A stretch of 43,477 nt of DNA from Candidatus Staskawiczbacteria bacterium (GTDB lineage Bacteria > Patescibacteriota > Minisyncoccia > Minisyncoccales > Staskawiczbacteraceae). Shown here one piece after another: positions 1-6,800 of this stretch; positions within the stretch are counted from its first letter, which is position 1; each line of letters begins with the position of its first letter. The position numbers were made by a program, and so were the translations under genes. The stretch lies in contig CAINWR010000071.1 of assembly GCA_903854535.1 (NCBI GenBank), forward strand, positions 1 to 43,477, given 5' to 3'. The notes below the pieces were generated by a model that had not been told where the DNA came from, ran no database searches, and saw nothing but the letters and a program-made list of their open reading frames with translations.

Positions 1-67
1 AAAAAATTACAAAATAAAAAATAAATATTCTGCTGATATTGAGCCACATGAGATATTTTTAGATAAT

Positions 68-1930
68 TTGGAAAAAGACAAGGAAATAGAGTCTGGATTT
101 TCTGAAAAGAAATTTGAGGTTCCTTTAAGAGAAAAAAGATCCTATTTCTTGATGGGAATTTTTCTTTTATTTGTTATTTTTATTTTTATAAAGGTTTTTT
201 ATTTGCAAATTTTGCAGGGTGATAATTTCCATATTCTAGCAGATAATAATAAAGGCAAGATTGTATTAATCAAGCCAGAAAGGGGTATAATTTATGATAG
301 AAACTTAAAAAAATTAGTTGCCAACGCTCCATCTTTTGATTTAGTTTGTGATAGAAGAAATTTTGGAGAATCAAGTGATGCTGTCTATAAGAAAATCTCA
401 AATTTAGCTGAAATTATTGGCAAAGATCCATTAGATTTAGAGAGACAAATTTTAGATTCTCTAGAGTATAACGTGTTAATTGCTGAAAATTTAACTCATG
501 AGCAAATATTGGTTTTAGAATCGAGAATTAATGAATTTAATGGTTGTAGTATAGAGAATAATGTGATAAGAAATTATATTTTTGCTCATCCATTTGCACA
601 TTTACTTGGTTATGTGAGTAGGGTAAGTAAGGATGAATTTAGTAATAGAAAAGATTACGCAATAAATGACAGTTCTGGTAAAGCTGGCATTGAGAAATTT
701 TATGAGGATTATTTAAGAGGAATTCCCGGCAAGCTTGAATCTCAAAAAACTGCGCTTGGAGTTCAGAAAGGTCAAAAAGTAATTTCAGAACCATTGCCTG
801 GTAATAATATAATTTTAAATATTGATGCAGATCTTCAGCAAAAGATTTATGAAGAATTAGGAAAAACAATTAAAAATATTGGATCAAAAAAAGGCGCTGT
901 TGTAGCTGTAGATCCAAGAGATGGAAAAGTTTTAGCTCTAGTGTCTTACCCTTCTTATGATAATAATCTTTTTTCGAAAGGTATATCTCAAAAAGATTTA
1001 AGTTCAATTATTAATGATGCATCTCAGCCATTTTTTAATAGAGCTATCTCTGCTCAATATCCTACAGGTTCTACTATAAAGCCATTTGAGGCTTCTGGAG
1101 CTTTACAAGAAAATTTAATATCTCCTGATAAAGTAATTAATGATCCGGGTTTTATTGAAATAAGAAGTAAATATGATCCTGATGTTGTATATAGATTTGG
1201 AGGTGTTACTCCTCATGGATTGGTAGATATGAGAGAGGCGATTGCTGTATCTTCAAATATTTATTTTTATACAATTGGCGGAGGTTATCAAGATCAACAA
1301 GGATTGGGTCCAACTCGCATTGCCAAATATTTATCTTTATTTGGTTGGGGCGTTAAAACAGGAGTTGATTTACCTGGAGAATATAAAGGGTTTATTCCAA
1401 GTCCAGAATGGAAAAAGGAATATAAAAAAGAAAATTGGTGGGACGGGGATACATATAACTTATCTATAGGACAGTCAGATTTGCAAGTAACTCCATTGCA
1501 GTTGGCAATGGCTTATTGTACAATAGCTAATGGTGGAACTTTGTATAAACCTCAAGTTGTAGATAAAATAATCGATATATCAACATCAGAACAAAAAGTA
1601 ATTAAAGAATTTGAGCCAGAAATTGTAAGGCAAGGTTTTATTGATGCAAAAAATTTAAAGGTTATTCAAGAAGGTATGCGTGATGGCGTAGCAAAATCTT
1701 ATGGTTCTTCATACTTTTTAAATAGTTTGCCAGTAGCAGTGGCTTCAAAAACCGGAACAGCTGAAATAGGAAAAGCGGGTTTCTATAATACTTGGGCTTC
1801 AGTTTATGGGCCTTATGAAAACCCAAATATTGTTTTGATTGTTACAATTGAAGAAGTAGAAGGTTTAAGATCAGGGTCTCTAACTGTAGCTCGAGAGGTT
1901 TTAAATTGGTATTTTAATAAAAATAAATAA
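68..1930 (+). CDS. mrdA: Class B penicillin-binding protein (PBP2-type peptidoglycan transpeptidase)
   Basis: 620-aa ORF with an N-terminal TM helix (FLMGIFLLFVIFIFIKVFYL). Transpeptidase motifs STIKP (SxxK), SSN (SxN) and KTGTA (KTG) are present. The TTG start is taken from the ORF track and not verified. Confidence 0.85.
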   Translation: MEKDKEIESGFSEKKFEVPLREKRSYFLMGIFLLFVIFIFIKVFYLQILQGDNFHILADNNKGKIVLIKPERGIIYDRNLKKLVANAPSFDLVCDRRNFGESSDAVYKKISNLAEIIGKDPLDLERQILDSLEYNVLIAENLTHEQILVLESRINEFNGCSIENNVIRNYIFAHPFAHLLGYVSRVSKDEFSNRKDYAINDSSGKAGIEKFYEDYLRGIPGKLESQKTALGVQKGQKVISEPLPGNNIILNIDADLQQKIYEELGKTIKNIGSKKGAVVAVDPRDGKVLALVSYPSYDNNLFSKGISQKDLSSIINDASQPFFNRAISAQYPTGSTIKPFEASGALQENLISPDKVINDPGFIEIRSKYDPDVVYRFGGVTPHGLVDMREAIAVSSNIYFYTIGGGYQDQQGLGPTRIAKYLSLFGWGVKTGVDLPGEYKGFIPSPEWKKEYKKENWWDGDTYNLSIGQSDLQVTPLQLAMAYCTIANGGTLYKPQVVDKIIDISTSEQKVIKEFEPEIVRQGFIDAKNLKVIQEGMRDGVAKSYGSSYFLNSLPVAVASKTGTAEIGKAGFYNTWASVYGPYENPNIVLIVTIEEVEGLRSGSLTVAREVLNWYFNKNK

Positions 1931-1931
1931 T

Positions 1932-2225
1932 ATGGATTTTATAATCAAAAATATAAAAGACAATGCTTTAAATATTTCAAGAAGAATTGGTTATTTGATG
2001 CTGGGTGCAGAAAGTAGTAATGTTTATAATATTGTAAGAAAATTAACTGGTAACCATTATCCTAGGTTTCATATTTATTTAAAACAACAAGGCCAAGATT
2101 TTATTTTTAGTTTACATTTAGATCAAAAAGCTCCAGTTTATCAAGGAACTCACGCTCATAACGGCGAATATTTTGGCCCTGTAGTAGAGGATGAAGCAGA
2201 TAGAATTAAACAATTATTAAAATGA
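1932..2225 (+). CDS. Small hypothetical protein (97 aa)
   Basis: ORF packed 1 nt after the PBP2 stop and overlapping the next start (ATGA). Native AT-rich composition. No motif recognised. Confidence 0.5.
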   Translation: MDFIIKNIKDNALNISRRIGYLMLGAESSNVYNIVRKLTGNHYPRFHIYLKQQGQDFIFSLHLDQKAPVYQGTHAHNGEYFGPVVEDEADRIKQLLK

Positions 2226-2935
2226 TAACAGTATTATACGAAGATAATCATATAATTGCAGTGCAAAAACCTGCTGGAGTTTTGACGCAGGGCGATGGAT
2301 CTGGCGAAAAAAGTTTGATGGATTTTGTAAAAGATTATCTTAAAGAAAAATATAAAAAACCAGGAAATGTCTTTCTTGGACTTGTGCATAGACTAGACAA
2401 ACCAGTTTCTGGAATTGTTTTGTTTGCTAAAACTTCCAAAGGCGCCTCGCGTTTGTCTGAACAATTTCGTAATCATACAATACAAAAAACTTATCATGCC
2501 ATTGTGCTCGGCAAATTGAAAAATGAAAAAGGCCAAATAAAAGAAAAAATAAATAAAATAAGTTTTTTTGCCGAAGGTTTTGGAGAAAAATCTGACGAAG
2601 AATTATTGGCCGAAATTAAAAAAGCTACAAAAACTCGTACTGGAGAGCTTAGTTATAAAGTTGAAAGTTATAAAGTTCATAAAGATGGATCTGTTTATTC
2701 TTTGGTAAAAATTATGCCAAAAACTGGAAGATTTCATCAAATAAGAGTGCAGATGGCAGAAATGGGAAATCCAATTTTAGGAGATAGAAAGTATAGTAAT
2801 GTAAATATGCCAGATTGGAAAGATAATAATGCTATTGCTTTATGTGCTACTGATATTGAGTTTAAGCTTGCAACAAAAGATGAAATAAAAAAGATTTCTA
2901 TTGATTTGCCAGAATCTTGGCAAAAATATTTATAA
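2222..2935 (+). CDS. RluA-family pseudouridine synthase
   Basis: HRLDKPVSG catalytic-Asp motif, with FHQIRVQ and GDRKY downstream motifs typical of the RluA family. Confidence 0.85.
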   Translation: MITVLYEDNHIIAVQKPAGVLTQGDGSGEKSLMDFVKDYLKEKYKKPGNVFLGLVHRLDKPVSGIVLFAKTSKGASRLSEQFRNHTIQKTYHAIVLGKLKNEKGQIKEKINKISFFAEGFGEKSDEELLAEIKKATKTRTGELSYKVESYKVHKDGSVYSLVKIMPKTGRFHQIRVQMAEMGNPILGDRKYSNVNMPDWKDNNAIALCATDIEFKLATKDEIKKISIDLPESWQKYL

Positions 2936-2970
2936 AAAAAGAGACCTAAGAACAGAATGTTTTCAGGTCT
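2934..2970 (-). terminator. Terminator of the zinc-ribbon orphan gene
   Basis: Minus strand agacct...aggtct stem followed by c and a T7 run. Confidence 0.6.
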
Positions 2971-3000
2971 GGCCAGAACGGCTCTGGTTGGTTTCTTGAA

Positions 3001-3147
3001 CTATTTTTGTTCTTTATTTTCTGCTTGGAATGTGCCACCACAATGCGTGCACTTATATATCCATGCTTGGTTCTTTGGACCACGCAAATAAACATGGCGT
3101 CCACAAGTAGGGCAGGGAATCAGAGTGTCTTTTTCAGTCTTCTCCAT
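3001..3147 (-). CDS. Small zinc-ribbon protein (48 aa), GC-richer orphan
   Basis: CPTCG...CTHCG four-Cys ribbon. GGAGG lies 4 nt before the internal ATG at 3147, preferred over the longer ORF-track start at 3198. A stem-loop with T-run lies downstream on the minus strand. Confidence 0.55.
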   Translation of the reverse strand: MEKTEKDTLIPCPTCGRHVYLRGPKNQAWIYKCTHCGGTFQAENKEQK

Positions 3148-3188
3148 AAGTCCTCCAAGGTTTGAAAATTTTGAAACACAACAAAAAT

Positions 3189-3217
3189 ATTCTAACATAT
3201 TTTCAATGCAACATCAA
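3189..3217 (-). promoter_or_regulatory. Promoter of the zinc-ribbon orphan gene
   Basis: Minus strand reads TTGATG-N17-TAGAAT, divergent from the NrdD-tail promoter. Confidence 0.45.
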
Positions 3218-3250
3218 TATTACGCATTATGTGGTAAAAGTTATTCACAG

Positions 3251-3279
3251 TTGACATCATTTTTTGTTTAGAATACAAT
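3251..3279 (+). promoter_or_regulatory. Promoter of the NrdD-tail gene
   Basis: TTGACA-N17-TACAAT. Confidence 0.5.
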
Positions 3280-3334
3280 AAATTAATATCAGACAAAAAA
3301 GGTCGGTTATCAATCAATTAAAAATAATATTTTT

Positions 3335-3646
3335 ATGGAAACAGCACAAAATATATCAATCGATAATGTTTGCCACGATTGCAAAAAAGAAATTTTAATA
3401 AAAGGCCAGGAAATAGAAAATGGAGTTTATCTTACTTACGATAATGCTGGGGGGAAAATAAATGCTTTTAAATGTAATGATTGCTATGCGAAAAATCCAG
3501 CTCTGACAAATTTTCAAAAGTGTGAAGTTTATTCAAGGGTAGTGGGTTATATACGGCCAGTTACGCAGTGGAATAATGGTAAAAAACAAGAATATTCAGA
3601 AAGAACTGAATATGTTATGCCAAGTGGAGGGGCTTGTGGATGTTAA
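3335..3646 (+). CDS. Stand-alone NrdD C-terminal module (Zn ribbon plus glycyl-radical loop), 103 aa
   Basis: CHDC and CNDC pairs followed by SRVVGYIRPVTQWNNGKKQEYSER. This matches the C-terminal tail of class III (anaerobic) ribonucleotide reductase. No catalytic barrel is present. Confidence 0.7.
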   Translation: METAQNISIDNVCHDCKKEILIKGQEIENGVYLTYDNAGGKINAFKCNDCYAKNPALTNFQKCEVYSRVVGYIRPVTQWNNGKKQEYSERTEYVMPSGGACGC

Positions 3647-3706
3647 TTTTAAAAAAGCCAGGGGTTTTAAAGCTTCTGGTTTTTTGTTATTATAAAGAAA
3701 AATACT

Positions 3707-3783
3707 GCTCGACAATAAATTTTTTCTGCGCCGAGAGCCTCTCTACGGGGCACCCTCGTGCTCGAAAAAATTAATTGTCTCGC
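3707..3783. repeat. Palindromic element (family C) in the SOD gene leader
   Basis: AT-rich outer arms (cgacaataaattttttc / gaaaaaattaattgtctcg) enclose a GC-rich core. It shares the 19-mer gcctctctacggggcaccc with 15543-15561. Confidence 0.8.
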
Positions 3784-3793
3784 AAACTTGCTT

Positions 3794-4456
3794 ATGGAAA
3801 AATATAATTTACCAAAATTACCATATGAATATAATGCGCTTGAGCCATATATGTCTTCGGAAGTTTTAACACTGCATCACACAAAGCATCATCAGGCTTA
3901 TGTGAATTCTGCCAATGATTTAAGTGCAAAGTTAGAAGATGCAAGAAAAAACCTGCCTGCCGGACAGGCAGGTAATTTGGATTTAGATTTTAAATCAATT
4001 TTAAAATCATTGTCTTTTAATGTGGCAGGTCATATTTTGCATGAAACATTTTGGAAAGTAATGGCTCCACAAAATTCTGGAAAAAATAATATTGAAAATA
4101 ATGCGCCAAAACTTTTAGAGCAAATAAATAAGGATTTTGGAAGCCTTTCCGCCCAAGGCGGACCAGCCTCGGGCTGGGATAGATTTAAAAAAGAATTTTC
4201 AGAAACAGCAAAATCAGTTGAGGGATCAGGCTGGGCTTTGCTAACTTGGCACAAAGAACATGGAAATTTAAATATAATTCAAGTTGAAAAGCATAATGTA
4301 AATCTTTATCCAGAGCAGAAAATTTTACTTGCTTTAGATGTATGGGAGCATAGTTATTATTTAGATTATAAAAATGATAGAGCTAAGTTTGTGGAGAATT
4401 GGTGGAATATTGTAAATTGGCAAGAAGTTGAGAAAAAATTTCAAAACTGCTGTTGA
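3794..4456 (+). CDS. sod: Fe/Mn superoxide dismutase
   Basis: N-terminus LPKLPYEYNALEP, plus HHTKHHQAYV, AGHILHETFW and DVWEHSYYLDYKNDR metal-ligand motifs. Start moved to ATG 3794 because the ORF-track extension only translates a repeat element. Confidence 0.9.
   Translation: MEKYNLPKLPYEYNALEPYMSSEVLTLHHTKHHQAYVNSANDLSAKLEDARKNLPAGQAGNLDLDFKSILKSLSFNVAGHILHETFWKVMAPQNSGKNNIENNAPKLLEQINKDFGSLSAQGGPASGWDRFKKEFSETAKSVEGSGWALLTWHKEHGNLNIIQVEKHNVNLYPEQKILLALDVWEHSYYLDYKNDRAKFVENWWNIVNWQEVEKKFQNCC
3951..3973. repeat. GC-rich palindrome inside the SOD gene coding sequence
   Basis: acctgcctg-ccgga-caggcaggt encodes LPAGQAG in frame. Confidence 0.7.
4149..4177. repeat. Two adjacent GC hairpins inside the SOD gene coding sequence
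   Basis: ccgcc-caa-ggcgg and ccagcc-tcg-ggctgg encode SAQGGPASG in frame, between the conserved DFGS and FKKEF segments. Confidence 0.7.
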
Positions 4457-4470
4457 CAGCAGTTTTTTTT
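4446..4470 (+). terminator. SOD gene intrinsic terminator with the stop codon in its loop
   Basis: actgctg-ttga-cagcagt followed by a T8 run. Confidence 0.75.
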
Positions 4471-4526
4471 ATGATATTATAATATATGGTTTTTAATTCC
4501 CGTTCTCATGATTCGGAGTTTTGTTA

Positions 4527-4724
4527 ATGAGTAAAAAAAAGTCAGGACAAATTTTCCAGAAAGAAAAATTTGATCAAGCCAAGGAAGAGCTTGTTGGCGA
4601 GTCAATTGGATTGGAGGTGGCCCTCAAACATTGGCCAGTTGATGGCGTTCCGCAAGGAGAAGACCGTGGGGATCGGGTACCGTTCTTCACGGTTGATGGG
4701 GTCGATGAATTAATCGACGAATAG
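4527..4724 (+). CDS. Small acidic hypothetical protein (65 aa), GC-richer orphan
   Basis: ATG at 4527 is preceded by GGAG 8 nt upstream. GC-rich composition, and a T8 run follows at about 4773-4780. No motif recognised. Confidence 0.45.
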   Translation: MSKKKSGQIFQKEKFDQAKEELVGESIGLEVALKHWPVDGVPQGEDRGDRVPFFTVDGVDELIDE

Positions 4725-4837
4725 ATTATGCTCGTGGTTGATTGCCCAAACGCAAGGATGTGTGAGGGCTTTTTTTTGTGCTTGATTTTAGGGATTTAAA
4801 ATAGTAATATTAAATAATTAACTTTTAATAAAAATTT

Positions 4838-6331
4838 ATGTCAACAATTGAGGAATTAAGAAAAGTTCGTTTGGAAAAATTAAAGGCATTAGAACATGCT
4901 GGGATTTTACCTTATCCTGCAAAAACCAAAAGAACTCATAGAATTTGCGAAGCTTTAGAAAATTTTGATAAATTATCAATTCCAGATAAAGATGGAGAAT
5001 TGCAAGAAATAGTTTTGGCTGGAAGAATTATGGCGCAACGTGGGCATGGTGGAGCAACATTTTTAGATATTTATGATGGTTCGACTTCGCTCACTGCAGG
5101 TGGCAAAATTCAAGTAATTATTAAAGAAGATAAAGTTGGGCCAGCAGGATACAAATTTTTTATAGATAATTTTGATATTGCGGATTTTGTAGAAATTAAA
5201 GGAACTTTGTTTACAACTAAAAGAGGCGAAAAAACCATTGAAGCTACAGATTATAAAATGCTTTCTAAGGCACTTTTGCCTTTGCCAGAAAAATGGCATG
5301 GGCTTGAAAATGTAGAAGAAAAATTAAGAAAAAGATATTTAGATATTTTGTTTAATCCAGAAGTAAGGGAAATGGTAGAGAAAAGAAGTATTTTTTGGCA
5401 ATCAATGCGTGAATTTTTACTTAAAAAAGGTTTTATGGAAGTAGAAACTCCGGTGCTTGAATCTACTCCTGGGGGAGCAGATGCAAGGCCTTTTACAACA
5501 CATCATAATGCAATGGATATGGATGTTTATTTGCGAATTTCTATGGGAGAACTTTGGCAGAAAAAATTAATGGTAGCTGGTTTTGAAAAAGTTTTTGAAA
5601 TTGGTAGACAATTTAGAAATGAAGGAATGGATGCAGAGCACTTGCAAGATTACACGCAAATGGAATTTTATTGGGCTTATGCAGATTACCAGCAAGGTAT
5701 GGAATTTATTGAAGAAATGTATAAATATATAATAGAAAAAACTTTTGGTACTCTTAAATTTAAAATTAAGGGATTTGATGTAGATTTTTCTCGCAAATGG
5801 GAAAAGTATGATTATGTTTCTACAATTGCAAAATACACAAAAATAAATATTCAAGAAGCTAGTTTATCTGAAATGGAAAAAGCTTTGCAAAAATTAAAAA
5901 TTGATTATGACAAAAATGGTTTTAACATAACAAGAGCCATAGATAATTTGTGGAAATATTGCAGGAAAAACATTGGAGGTCCGGGATTCTTAATTAATGT
6001 ACCAGTAACTATGGAGCCTTTGGCTAAAAGAATGGAGAGCCACAATGATTTAGTACAAAGATTTCAAGTAATTATTGGTGGTTCAGAAAATGGTAAAGGC
6101 TTTTCTGAATTAAATGATCCAATTGACCAAGCAGAAAGATTTGCAGATCAACAAAAATTAAGAGATTCTGGTGATGATGAAGCGCAAAGATTTGATCAAG
6201 ATTTTGTGGAGGCCTTAGAACATGGAATGCCACCAACTTGTGGTTTTGGAGTTTCAGAAAGATTGTTTGCATTTTTAATGGATAAGCCAGCCCGCGAATG
6301 CCAAATTTTCCCATTAATGCGCCCCCGCTGA
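4838..6331 (+). CDS. lysS: Lysine--tRNA ligase, class II
   Basis: OB-fold N-domain and class II core with FRNEGMDAEHLQDYTQMEFY (motif 2) and a GFGVSERL C-terminal motif. Confidence 0.95.
   Translation: MSTIEELRKVRLEKLKALEHAGILPYPAKTKRTHRICEALENFDKLSIPDKDGELQEIVLAGRIMAQRGHGGATFLDIYDGSTSLTAGGKIQVIIKEDKVGPAGYKFFIDNFDIADFVEIKGTLFTTKRGEKTIEATDYKMLSKALLPLPEKWHGLENVEEKLRKRYLDILFNPEVREMVEKRSIFWQSMREFLLKKGFMEVETPVLESTPGGADARPFTTHHNAMDMDVYLRISMGELWQKKLMVAGFEKVFEIGRQFRNEGMDAEHLQDYTQMEFYWAYADYQQGMEFIEEMYKYIIEKTFGTLKFKIKGFDVDFSRKWEKYDYVSTIAKYTKINIQEASLSEMEKALQKLKIDYDKNGFNITRAIDNLWKYCRKNIGGPGFLINVPVTMEPLAKRMESHNDLVQRFQVIIGGSENGKGFSELNDPIDQAERFADQQKLRDSGDDEAQRFDQDFVEALEHGMPPTCGFGVSERLFAFLMDKPARECQIFPLMRPR
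5081..5101. repeat. GC-rich 21-nt in-frame patch in lysS
   Basis: tcgacttcgctcactgcaggt encodes STSLTAG, within the otherwise conserved FLDIYDG-GKIQV stretch. Confidence 0.5.
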
Positions 6332-6338
6332 GCGGGGG
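6322..6338 (+). other. GC hairpin cccccgc-tga-gcggggg with the lysS stop codon as its loop
   Basis: Read directly. A second imperfect hairpin follows at 6343-6363, and no T-run follows either one. Confidence 0.7.
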
Positions 6339-6380
6339 TAATGGCACGCTTAGCGTGTCGCCCAAAAAATTAATTCATAG

Positions 6381-6405
6381 AAAAAGAGCAATGGGGTATT
6401 GCTCT
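6381..6405 (-). terminator. Terminator of orphan gene 6715-6425
   Basis: Minus strand agagcaat-acccc-attgctct followed by a T5 run. Confidence 0.65.
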
Positions 6406-6424
6406 GCGTCTGCCTTTAGTGCGA

Positions 6425-6715
6425 TTAGAATGGGAAAAGGTCTTTTTCACAAACCCAACTTCTTCGCTGACGGCCCTTTATTCCAGAATAAACGACACAA
6501 TAGATAGGTTCGTGAGTCCATCTCCTATACCTGATTTTAGCAATAAATCCAACTTCGAGTTGTTGGCTTATCGCTGTGTATCTTGTATCAGGGCGAAACC
6601 TAACCTTGTTGTATACTTGAAATTTTGCTGTTTCGCCTTGAGCTTCACACTTTTCGATCTTTTCAATAGTCTTGGATGTGGCCCCGCAAATTTCGCATTC
6701 ATAAGAGGTTTTCAT
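6425..6715 (-). CDS. Hypothetical protein (96 aa) with an N-terminal CxxC, GC-richer orphan
   Basis: ORF on the opposite strand to its neighbours, with a CEICG motif. A minus-strand terminator lies at 6405-6381. Composition is intermediate in GC. Confidence 0.5.
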   Translation of the reverse strand: MKTSYECEICGATSKTIEKIEKCEAQGETAKFQVYNKVRFRPDTRYTAISQQLEVGFIAKIRYRRWTHEPIYCVVYSGIKGRQRRSWVCEKDLFPF

Positions 6716-6800
6716 AATTTTATCTCTATGAGTAGTGGTGTAACTACAGTTTATGAGCTAATAAAATTCTATCATAATTATTATATATTGTCAAAATATT

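Noticed and set aside
3758-3793. N-terminal extensions in the ORF track (also 8134-8202, 17409-17423, 25935-25994, 28368-28379, 17209-17256 and 18919-18954)
   Set aside because: They translate repeat elements or leaders, start at non-ATG codons, or precede a better-placed ATG that matches the conserved protein N-terminus.
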